Origin: Mobula birostris
Lineage: Eukaryota
DNA: 64,000 nucleotides
Direction of reading: 5' to 3'
Assembly: GCF_030028105.1 (NCBI RefSeq)
Contig: NC_092371.1
Location: forward strand, 14,467,884 to 14,531,883
A model generated the notes under the pieces. That model searched no databases. It had not been told where the DNA came from and saw only the letters and a program-made list of their open reading frames with translations. The first letter of the stretch is position 1; each line of letters starts with the position of its first letter. Shown in pieces: positions 25,631 to 35,679 of the stretch. The position numbers and the translations under genes were made by a program.

Positions 25631-26339
25631 CCTTATTCTGATTCTGAATCTTGAGACTCGGCCAATTCAGACACTTAGTAGGTTGCTTGTAACACCTCTG
25701 ATATGCAGAGGTCAGTGGAGCCCACAACGAAGACCGTGGAACGGTTACTGGTATTGGGGGAGGTAAGGGGAGATGGGCGAAAGGACGGAGTGTCTTTGAA
25801 CCCACCACTATCAATAGATTCATGGCATTGGTCTCCAATTTTGCTGGGAACTTCCTCTGATTAAGAAGGCACTGAATCAAATACTTACACCATGAAAACA
25901 CATTCGCAAGAAACCCAGTTTTATTGCCGTCAGCAGACACACTGCTTTAGATCTAAAAATATTTGCTACTCTTATGGTAAGGGTGGGATGACTTAGTTGA
26001 AATCGTACACATGTATGCAGCCAAATGAAAAGTCGGTCCTTCCGGAGAAGGCGTATAGCACAGTATATGCACCTCCTACATAACACATAAATTAATGTTA
26101 CCACAAATAAAAATAAATTCCAGAAGACTGACATTTAATCAATCTTCACTTCATCAGCCTAAATGTTTTGGGATTTTGTTTCCCTTCAGTCGAGGCTCAG
26201 TGTGGTTCTGATGAAGCAAAGGTATAATCTATGAACCAGAAGATGGAGTTATGGGAAATTCATATTGGTTGAGCCTTTTCCTCCAGGTGGAAATAAGATA
26301 AATAATACATCTTAGAACCTTATCAAATCTCTTTTCATG

Positions 26340-26900
26340 CTTCTAAAACCGTGGCTGGTCCTTTCCACATACACCCACCTCAGTCCCACTCCCTGACATA
26401 CTCCCCGTAACCTTTGATGCCACGGCCGATCAAGGACATGTGAATCTCAGCCTTAAATACACCCAACGACATGGCCATAGCCGCCCGTGGTAATAAATTC
26501 TGAAAATTCACCGCCCTATCGCTAAATAAATTCTCTGCATCTCTTTTAAATGGACGCTCCCCTATCCTGAGGCTGTGTCCTCTTGTCCTAAGCTCCCACA
26601 CCAAGGCAAACATCCTTTCCAAATCCACCATGTCTAGGCCTTTGAACATTGAAAAAACATTTCCTGAAATCCCCTCCACTCATCCTTCTAAATCCAGCGA
26701 GTACAGCTCCAGAGCCATCAAACGTTCCACATATGATAACCCTTCCGTTCACAGAATCATACTTATGCGCCTCCTCTGAACCCTCCCCAATGCCAGCACA
26801 TCTTTTCTTCGATAAGAAGCCCAAAACAGTTCACAATGCTCAAGATGAGACCTCACCAGTGCCTAATAAGGACTCAGTATTACATATCTGCAGCGTTATT
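26340..26900 (-). mobile_element. CR1 3' fragment
   Basis: ORF 26380-26679 KGLDMVDLERMFALVWELRTRGHSLRI...GVFKAEI. Confidence 0.75.
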
Positions 26901-26984
26901 TCCAAAATGTTAAAGGGAACCGGAAGCTCGTACTGAAACTTTACACCAAATTTGAGTAATGTTTCTTGTAAAGCATCTCAGGTA

Positions 26985-27540
26985 GATTTGGGTCAGATTA
27001 CATTTAGTGATTTCTGAGCAATTGCGACCTCGTATCTAGGAAAGAATGTGCTGACGTTGGAGAGCATCCAGAGAAGGTTGACGAGAATGACACCGGGAAT
27101 GAAATGGTGAACGGATGAGTACCATTTTTTGGTTGTAGTTTAGCAGATTGGGGGGCGGGAGGTGGGGCGTGGGGAATTTCAGTAGAACATACTGAACAAT
27201 TGAAGGTACAGATAGAGCGGACTTGGAGATGATGTGTCATACAGTGGGAAAGCCTAAGACCAACGGCACAGCCTCAGAATAGAGGGTCGTCCCATTAGAA
27301 TAGAGATGAGGAGAATTTCTTTATCGAGAGGGTGATGAATCTATAGAATTGATTGCCACGGACAATTGTGGAGGCCAAGCTTTAGGCATATTTAAAGCAG
27401 AGTTTGATTGGTCGTTGATTAATAAGGATGTCAAAGGTTTCGGGAAGAATGCCGTGAAAAGGATAATAAATTCGTCATGATGGAATAGCGGAACGAGCTC
27501 GATGGGCCGAATGGCGTAATTCCGTTCGTATATCATGGGG
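26985..27540 (+). mobile_element. CR1 3' fragment
   Basis: cctcgtatctaggaaagaatgtgctgacgttggagagcatccagagaaggttgacg ... gagctcgatgggccgaatggcgtaattccgttcg, a CR1 RT end plus 3' UTR. Confidence 0.75.
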
Positions 27541-27891
27541 TCTTATGGTTTTTGGTATAAAACCACGATGGTTTCCCTCTCAGGCCAAAGACCTCTTGGT
27601 CAGATGCGGACGTTTAACTTCGCCAAGTGCATCTTTGTTGTCCAAACAGCGGTCTCGACAGCTCAAAATTCAGGAGTCAAGATTTTTTTTTTGTCGTTCT
27701 TCAGCTACATCAAAAATAATGATTATTACTCCGGATTCGACGCAGCATAAAGCACAATGGAAACACAAAGAAGTGCAATGAATATAAAGGCAATCTTATA
27801 AGACACAATGCACAATAGCTGATCTGCAGAGTAAGTTGTAACCACAGGCAGAATAAACCAGAAAGTGACTACTTATAAATGCAATACAGTT

Positions 27892-27897
27892 TTTATT
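27892..27897 (-). terminator. Candidate polyadenylation signal of the Ig-superfamily receptor gene
   Basis: AATAAA on the minus strand ~280 nt downstream of the stop at 28179, followed by U/GU-rich sequence. Confidence 0.5.
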
Positions 27898-28178
27898 ATG
27901 TTACAATATATTTAATTTATACAAAGGACAATACAAAATGATAACACAGAGGAAAGTTTTAAGATGAGACTTACGGAAACTATGCAAAAAACCTCTGTTC
28001 TTCACTTAAAGTTTAGAATATGCCAGAATCACGACATCAATATTAGTCCAACATTATATTCACATATCAGATGAGCCGCAGAAATCTTGTCAATCCAACA
28101 GCGTCAGATGATTCGTTCCGTGGGTTTCAGTGTGACCCCAGATTCGGTCCATTTCTTCGTAACCCTCCAACCAGATTC

Positions 28179-28241
28179 TCATCTGCGGGGTAAGGATGAC
28201 GCAGCGAACTCGAGAGAGGCGTAAAGGATCGGTGCCTGGGA
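28179..28241 (-). CDS. Exon 7: terminal exon SQAPILYASLEFAASSLPRR* with ITIM
   Basis: Acceptor tacattccag; ILYASL fits the (I/V/L/S)xYxx(L/V) ITIM consensus; TGA at 28179-28181. Confidence 0.78.
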   Translation of the reverse strand, partial: SQAPILYASLEFAASSLPRR

Positions 28242-31200
28242 CTGGAATGTATAGCAAACATTGGCAATCAAAGATATTGCCCAGCATGATCTACCATTTT
28301 TCAACAGTCACGACTGTGCCAACCTTCCTCTGCGAGATAACCCCTTAAATAACTGCAGCAGATTAGTAAAGTACGGCTTACGTTTCATAATTCCCTGCGG
28401 ACTCCGCTCAAACTCATCATTCTTTGTAATCAATCACAAACATCACATTTGTGAATCTTACAACGGGTTACAGTCACCATACGTACCTGAGCCGCACTGC
28501 CGTGTATTTGGTGCGTCGCTAATTGACCACGGGTCCCTGTATATTGAAAGAACATGAATTGGAACTATTATTCGGCATGGCCAACTAATAATTAGTTTCA
28601 GAAATGTCTTATATGCCAGCAATCCAAATATGACAGTGGCCTCCAATATACCAGCTGTTGGACTCTGCTAATAGTTTCTAATTATTTCAAATTCACCAAT
28701 GGTTTTCATATGTGTCGCGACATTCTTGTTCATTTCCAAGTCTGAAAATGACACCCAACATGAGAATATTTCCCAAATACACAAACAGCGCTGTCATGGA
28801 ATTCCATGTACCAAGCAAGTGCTGCACCTTGCCCGAGGTTGATGTACAAGCTAGTGGAAGGAACGAGCGCTTTACACCCCCTCCACGTTAGGGGGTGGAT
28901 GTACCTCCACCCATTCCACCCATAGTAAAAATAGAACGACGGGAATAAAGACTTTCACAATATAATATAAGCACTTTCATTTGGCATAATATCTTTGTCT
29001 GAAACCGATCCCGAAATTTTAGAAGGAAAAATAGGAACTGAAATGATAAATGTTAGAAAACACTTTGTACACTTGACGTATTTAGATTAACACTACCTCG
29101 GACAGAAGGAGGAAGAGGAATAACAGAGATTAAAAATCTACATAATAGTTAGACAAAACTGTTAAACATTTATTTTCGACAAAGAAAACAGTATTCAGTA
29201 TCCACGCTCTGCAGCATTCGTAAGGAGTATTGGGTGCATTACCAAACTTCAATGGAGGCATAATTCAGAAAAATGAAAGAATTATCATCACAAAAGAAAA
29301 GGGTAACAAATGGAAGAGCATAATTCTCCATGGAAGACTTTCCATGATCCGAGCAGACCAGATGTTGACAAGGAAAGGTCGAATGCCTAGCTCAGAGTTG
29401 AAGAACTCTTCCTTGGGCAAAGACAGGACCAGGTGGGTAACACAAAAGCATCAGAAATATATAACAAAAGACAAACAAATACAAGACGATAAATTCAGAA
29501 AATGCCCGGAAACACCAGAAACAATCCAGCACATTCTAGCAGTTTATCTTAATCTGATTACTTACCCAAGCACAATCAATTGTCATTCAACAAAATCTTG
29601 TTCTAAAATCCAAACTCATAAAATACACTGTACCTTATTCTAAATATAAGCCTAATTCAGTTTTAGTGTCAGTGTCCGACAAATTATATTATGACCGAAA
29701 TATTACTACTGATACACCTATCCGCAGTAGCTGCCTGGATATAATATTACAGGAAAAAAAAACAAGAAAGAACAACTTACTTAATAGACATAGCCATTCC
29801 ATACAGCCGTAATATAGAGAAATCATTAAGTGAACAACACCAGATATATGCGGAATTAAAAGAGAAAATTGGAAGTTTATAGAACATGAACAGGGTATGT
29901 CATGTCCTAAAAGTGATATCTACAACGAATATCTCCTCAAGGTCTCTAGAAGGTAGGATTAAACTTTTAGGCCTACACAGCAATATTTCTGTAAATCTTC
30001 AGAGAACGACAATGCTAAGCACCTCTAGAATAGTACAAAGTTCCCAGAAATTGAGGCTATGCTTGGCTATTTCCGTACCTCAGGTTTTACCAGATTGATT
30101 CAGGAAATAAAATAAAAAAAGCAGCAATAATATTAATATAAGCAACATACACAGAGACACCACTGATGGCGGGAAAAAGGTTTTCAGGGATTGAGACATC
30201 GGATCTCTATCCTCTTCGATTTCAGTCCAATTCGCCGCACTTCCCGCAATAACTCCTTCCCGTGTCCCTCCTTCTAAACCCATTGGCAGCAGTGATCACA
30301 CAGTGCCTTGAAACAGGGACCGCGGTAACTGTTAATAGATATATGGATATGATTGGGAAAAGCCAACCCTCACCTGATCTCCGCTCTTTAGAGATCCGAA
30401 TAATGATTAGGATAACCAGGAAGGCAAGGACCCCAAGGAGGATCGCAGTGGGAAGACACCAGCCTAGAGAAAGAGAAATGTTGCTTGGTGAATTCATGGT
30501 TTCCGAGAACATATTATTAGCGATTTCATTTGGTTTCATGTGAATAACTTTACATCAGTTGATGCACTTTTAATTATTTATATATCAATCTTTATTTCTA
30601 TAACTTTTGAAATTTTTTACTTCTGCTGCATGTCGTGCCCTGAGTAGCAAATAAAAGAAATTCCTAATACGTATAAATGTATATAGGGAACAAGTTTGAC
30701 CTTTGATCCTCAAACTGTATTGTACAACCAGAAGCCCACAGCAATGTCAGATGAAGAAGGACGCAGAGAATGCAATAGCGCATGAGGTTATACGGCTCTT
30801 CAGACTGTTTCTTCGCTTTTCCTCGCAGCCATCTTGCCGCTTACAATCATTTCCCCAGCTCACCATCCCAACTTGGAAAAACAGCGCCTTTCTTTCATCG
30901 TTGCCGTGTCTGATTCCCGGCAGCCTATCCCAACCGCACTGTGAGATCATCACGGACATCACAGAGTTAAGAAGGAGGTTCACCCCCAGCTGCTCAAAGG
31001 GCTATTAGGGTTGAATAGCCAATGGTGGAGATAAGCACATTCTTAAAAAAATAATACATACAAATTAATGCTGACTGTAAAACTCAAACACGAGGAATTC
31101 TGCAGATGCTGGAAATTCAAGCAAGACGCATCAAAATTGCTGGTGAACGCAGCAGGCCAGACAGCATCTCTAGGAAGAGGAACAGTTGACGTTTCAGGCC

Positions 31201-33294
31201 GAGACCTTTCGTCAGGACTAACTGAAGGAAGAGCTAGTAAGAGATTTGAAAGTGGGAGGGGGAGGGGAAGATTCAAAATAATAGGAGAAGACAGGACGGG
31301 GAGGGATGGAGCCAAGAGCTGGACAGGTGATTGGCATAAGGGATATGAGAGGATCATGGGACAGGAGGCCCAGGGAGAAGCAAATGGGGGAGGGGAGAAA
31401 CCCAGAGAATGGACAAGGGGTATAGTCAGAGGAACAGAGGGAGAAAATGGAGAGTGAGAGAAAGAATGTGTGTATATAAATAAATAAATAAATAAATAAC
31501 CGTTGGGTAGGAGGGGGAGGTGGGGCATTAGTGCAAGTTAGAGAAGTCAGTGTTCATGCCATCAAGTTGGAGGCTACCCAGACGGAGTATAATGTGTTAT
31601 TCCTCCAACCTGAGTGTGGCTTCATCTTTACAGTAGAGGAGGCCGTGGATAGACATGTCAGAATGGGAATGGGATGTGGAATTAAAATGTGTGGCCACTG
31701 ACTGTGTCGTTATTGAACCAGCGAGTTATTCCCGCAGACATAAGACCGTAAGTCCATAAGACAAAGGAGCAGAATTGGGCCGTTCGGCCCATAGAATCTA
31801 TTTCGGCATTCCATCACAGCTTAGTAACAATACTTGATGTACAAAACATCGCCTCACCTTGATCTGGTTCAATGGTGATATTGAACACGCTGTTGATTAT
31901 GGTCTTTCCCGCACCCCCCAGTTGTGCGATACAGGTGCAGACTCCGCCGCTCCTCCATGTTTCCACTGGAATCAGCACCTGACTTCTAACACTATAGCTC
32001 TTGTCTGGGTCAAGAGTGCCAGTATCGCTCCATCCTTCCATGGTCCGTCCCGATATGTTCCAGTAAATGACAATCTGGTTGGAAGAAAGGCCGCCGACCA
32101 GACATACCAACGGAACCGACCCGTTTGTCTCAGACGGTAGGACAAATACCAGCATGTAGGTCCGGTTGGTGGAACTGTCTGGACAGAGATTGAGACACCG
32201 TTAATTGCAGCTTCACATGAAGTACATGGAGGACTATAATCCCAGTGTCGAGTTCTCTTACCTCCAACCAGTAGTGTGGATCCTTTCACAAACGTTGAAT
32301 AACTATCCGTTGCAAAACAGTGGTAGGAACCCGCATCCTCCACCCGGATGTCCCGGATTTCCAGCACTGATGTGTGATCGCCCGGACCTTTTTTGTAAGC
32401 AGTCCTACAGCCGGTCTTTCGGCAGTCCGTGGATTTGATCGTTACCAGGGGTTCGCCCGCACGCTGTTTGTACCAGAACACATTGCTTGCGACCTCCACT
32501 CTGTCCGTGAGTTCGCAGGAGAGTTCAACCGTCTTACCAACATGTGCAGTCACTACAGACGGACTCTCAGAAAACGGCCTGAGTTCTGCAACTGGAATTA
32601 CTATCAGTTAATTAAAATTATCTACTACGGAATCAAACTAAAACTCATCGCCCATAGTTGATAGTTTTACTTTGTACTTATTGGATAAGGTATCTCAAAA
32701 ACACCTAACGGTCGACCAGAAGGAAAAGAGATGTTACCTTGTCAAATTCGGAAGACTTTTTCTTTATTCAGTTACCGGATCATTAGCCGGCAAAATTAGT
32801 TTGTCCATCTATCCACAGGTGAACTTAAATTGAGAAGTTTGGTGGCCATTTCAGACAGCTCTCGCCAAACATTTTCCGTTGGGTTTCGCGTTACATACGG
32901 GCACAGAGGATTAGTGCGATAGGCTTCACCAATAGAAAAGGAGCGAGACTTACCGAGAAAATATTTATAATTTATTTAGGTAGTTTTAGAATCAGCATTA
33001 ATGAGATTCTAGCTTTGTAACCCAGATTTATATGCTTCACTGAAATTTATTTCCCCACTCTCGTGGGAGATTGGATGCAGAGAGCGGGGCCAGGGTCGTG
33101 TGCGTAACCTAATCCAGATCATTGATCTGGTTTTATAACCGAACAATATTTCCACTGGGAAATACAAACATGCAAGGGCCCATTTCTCCAAACATTTCGG
33201 GCGATCTTGTTTGGAAGTTAGCAAGGCTGACTCACTCACCGCAAACACGAAACATCTGAATGGTAACGAACAGGGTCAAAAGTTCCATCAACAT
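28179..33294 (-). CDS. Seven-exon gene for a non-rearranging antigen-receptor-like type I membrane protein (L-VJ-C1-TM-cyt-ITIM), 317 aa
   Basis: join(33294-33240, 32591-32262, 32178-31858, 30463-30374, 28741-28697, 28536-28487, 28241-28179) = 954 nt, no internal stop; all six introns GT-AG (648, 83, 1394, 1632, 160, 245 nt) with phases 1,1,1,1,1,0 as expected for one-domain-per-exon Ig genes. Confidence 0.85.
28487..28536 (-). CDS. Exon 6: cytoplasmic GTRGQLATHQIHGSAAQ
   Basis: 50-nt phase 1-0 exon, acceptor tcaatatacag, donor CAG|GTACGT; supplies the phase change that puts the ITIM exon in frame. Confidence 0.72.
28697..28741 (-). CDS. Exon 5: cytoplasmic DLEMNKNVATHMKTI
   Basis: 45-nt phase 1-1 exon, acceptor ttttcag, donor G|GTGAAT; symmetric, so it could be skipped without frameshift. 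Confidence 0.6.
29000..30085 (+). mobile_element. R4/Dong (Rex6)-like RLE non-LTR retrotransposon, decayed 3' part, antisense in intron 4
   Basis: Zinc-knuckle remnant KFRKCPETPETIQHILA and restriction-like endonuclease remnant LDIILQ...TYLIDIAIP...YAELKE; AT-rich, many stops. Confidence 0.75.
30374..30463 (-). CDS. Exon 4: transmembrane segment GWCLPTAILLGVLAFLVILIIIRISKERRS
   Basis: 90 nt, ~21 hydrophobic residues followed by basic stop-transfer residues; acceptor tttctctttctctag, donor G|GTGAGG. Confidence 0.87.
31085..31702 (-). mobile_element. Penelope-like element 3' fragment in intron 3
   Basis: Minus strand VATHFNSTSHSHSDMSIHGLLYCKDEATLRLEE*HIILRLGSLQLDGMNTDFSN (GIY-YIG C-terminus) followed by cctgacgaaaggtctcggcctgaaacgtc, the typical PLE terminal motif. 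Confidence 0.85.
31858..32178 (-). CDS. Exon 3: Ig C1-set domain
   Basis: DSSTNRTYMLVFVLPS...VPLVCLVGGLSSNQIVIYWNISG...DKSYSVRSQVLIPVETWRSGGVCTC...; C1 motifs LVCLV/W and SYSVRSQ..W..G..TC; four N-glycosylation sequons; acceptor ctctgtccag, donor G|GTGAGG. Confidence 0.92.
32262..32591 (-). CDS. Exon 2: Ig V-set domain with built-in J-like G strand
   Basis: VAELRPFSESPSVVTAHVGKTVELSC...VFWYKQRAGEP...LEIRDIRVEDAGSYHC FATDSYST FVKGSTLLVG; canonical Cys-Trp-Cys and DxGxYxC; acceptor ttccag (alternative ttgcag 6 nt in), donor G|GTAAGA. Confidence 0.93.
33240..33294 (-). CDS. Exon 1: signal peptide MLMELLTLFVTIQMFRVC
   Basis: 55 nt, hydrophobic 18-mer, phase-1 donor G|GTGAGT. Confidence 0.8.
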
Positions 33295-33404
33295 CTGGAC
33301 TCGAGCCGGTAGTCGGCGGCGCTGTGATCGACTCCGAGGAGTTGGATTAATTTCAGCCGCGGCTCTGTGCAGCCTCTCAGCTGCCATAGACACTGCTCGG
33401 TGCC

Positions 33405-33425
33405 GAAGTTCCGGGGCGGGGCCTC
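33405..33425 (-). promoter_or_regulatory. Candidate proximal promoter of the receptor gene (GC box plus Ets core)
   Basis: GGGGCGGGG (33413-33421) overlapping TTCCGG/CCGGAA (33409-33414), ~120 bp upstream of the leader ATG in a CpG-rich stretch. Confidence 0.45.
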
Positions 33426-34049
33426 TTCATCCAGCCTGCTGCTTGTGCATATTGCACCAGGTTACCCCGTCTGTTCGTCACAAGTGCTGTTTAGAGAGTT
33501 TGCCAAACAGAGCATGCTTTGACCATGGTTTCCGGGGTGCAGACATGTGTATCGCTGACAAAAGCCGCATTCATTTCCTCTAGATTAAATCCTGCAGAAG
33601 CTGCGATGAGTCGACTGTGTGTACTTACTGCAGCCCCTCTTGTAAGGGTACCAGAGACATTAGGACGAGAGACATTGGCTGAAAACAGATGTACAAAATA
33701 GGGTAATTCACGATTTGGAGGAGAACCTGTAGCGGTGTATTCCCGTCCCTGTTACACTTGGACTGCTTGCCCAGCGTTCGGGAACAGCTGTTGGAGTTGT
33801 CTGGGAGGGTAACTGCAGTCAATTTTGATAGGAGTACTTTAAAATGAACGATACGGAGCTTTCCCTGTCGGAACTACACCAATAGAGACCGGCAGAGAGA
33901 ATTCTATTGCATTCGTGACCTGTGTTAAGGTGGAAATTGATGGCGTTGTCAAAATGTATTACTCGGTCTGGGATTCCAACCTCTGACCTGCTCTTGTAGT
34001 CACTATATTCATATAGCGAACGGCGTTTATAATTAATGGCGATTCCTAT

Positions 34050-34650
34050 CGCGTTGTTGAAATGCTGAGGCTTTGCAAGGCATTGGCCAGACAGCAATTG
34101 GATGATTGTGAGTAGCTTTGGGCCCGTTATCACAGGGAGGACGAGATTCCATTGGAGACGGTATAAAGGAGGTTCACCAGACTGACCTTGGGAATGAAAG
34201 AGTTAGCATATGAAGAGCGTTTGATGGCTCTGCGCTTGTACTTGCAGGTGTTTAGAAAACGGTACTGGTGTTGCTGGTGGTGGGTGGAGTAGGTTGGCAT
34301 CTCAACAACAGTAACAGAATATTGAAAGGCCGATTCAGAGTGGAGGTGGAGGCGATGTTTCCAATTGTGGGAGAGTCTATGAACAGAGGGTGCAGCATTA
34401 AAATAGTATGACGTCCTTTCAGAACAGTGATAAGGAGGAATTTTTTAGCAAGAGGGTGGCGAATCTGTGAAACACATAGTCACAGACGACCGGGGAGGCC
34501 ATGTATTGAATGTATTTAAAGCGGAGATTGATAGGTTCTTCATTAGTAAGAGCATCAAAGGTATTAGAAGTAAGGCAGGTTGACGGCGAAACAAATCAGA
34601 CAGGATAGAATAGTGGCGCAGGCTCGATGCGCTCAATAGCCGAATTTTGC
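34050..34650 (+). mobile_element. Decayed CR1 3' fragment
   Basis: Remnant of MLRLCKALARQQLDDCE.LWARY...RRFTRL...; 3' UTR ggcgcaggctcgatgcgctcaatagccgaattttgctcc. Confidence 0.7.
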
Positions 34651-35064
34651 TCCTCGGTCACATGGTTACAGGATTACGCAGGATTCGTTGAAGTGACATT
34701 AAATATCGATGCAGATCCTGTTGGAGGTGACCAGTGCCCCAAGAGTATGTTCATCCGGTGTTATATTTCTATTTATTTATTTAGGTTTGAATGTTCACAT
34801 GCGATTCTCGGGTTCACAGAACGTAACACAGGGTGCAGTATATGAGGTTAATTTCCACAGATATGCTCGTTGTGGGCTGCAGTGCGTTTAATGTGACATA
34901 TAACATTAATGCTAAGACGCTGACCTTTGGGCTGCATCGACAAAACTGCGGAAACAGGAAACCCACACAGAAGTTCGGTCATGTTTTCCACTTTAACGGT
35001 TCACTGTTGCTGCAACTAGTTACCAGTATTCGAAGCGTTTGAAAATGAAATACTGTAGATACAT

Positions 35065-35375
35065 TGTGTGCACGTGGCCAAGTGGTTAAGACATTGGACC
35101 AGCTACCTGAAGGTCGTGAATTCGAGCACCAGCCGAGGGAACGTGTTATGTCCTTGAGCAAGACACCTACTCATAAGTTGCTCTGCGACGATATTGGTGC
35201 CAAGCTGTATGGGTCCTAATGCCCTTCCCTTGGACAACATGGTGTCGTGGAGAGTGGAAATTTGTAGCATGGGCTACTGCTGGCCTTCCATACAACCTTG
35301 GCCAGGCCTGCACCCTGGAGAGAGAAGACTTTCCAGGCGCAGATCCATGGCCTCGCAAGACTAAAGGATGCCTTA
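35065..35375 (+). mobile_element. tRNA-derived SINE
   Basis: A box TGGCCAAGTGG (35075-35085) and degenerate B box GAATTCGAGC (35118-35127), followed by tgtccttgagcaagacac and a ~250-bp body. Confidence 0.7.
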
Positions 35376-35679
35376 AGTAACATCGTGGTTGAGTCTGCCC
35401 GCAATTTCCACAGCAGCAGTGCACTGGACGTCTATGATAACAGCACGTCCTGCTGCCTTTGTATAACGGCTGATACTTTTCCTTGTTACTGAACGTCAAT
35501 TCCCTCTCGAGCACCGATTTGGTTGTGGCACAACTCGGCTGTTTCGGTCCAAACCCGCAGTTGTGCTTTGAATTTCAAATTAAATCTTTTTAACTCTTTG
35601 CCCCTCATCTCCAAGTTTTCAGTTCTGATGAAGGGCCTTTGCCCGAAACCATAACTGTTGATCTTTGTACAAAGACTAG

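Noticed and set aside
25877-26134. MSVFWNLFLFVVTLIYVL as another leader exon, plus nearby exon-like units at 25880-25932 (-) and 26190-26221 (+)
   Set aside because: T-rich DNA readily gives hydrophobic peptides; no Ig-domain exon follows in either direction.
30299-30340. CACAGTG heptamer near the TM exon as a recombination signal
   Set aside because: No ACAAAAACC-like nonamer at 12 or 23 bp and it does not flank a V, D or J segment.
31043-31528. 161-aa and 129-aa ORFs inside intron 3
   Set aside because: They lie in the low-complexity purine/pyrimidine tract of the Penelope fragment.
35065-35140. tRNA gene
   Set aside because: B box is degenerate, no cloverleaf closes, and the sequence continues into a SINE body.
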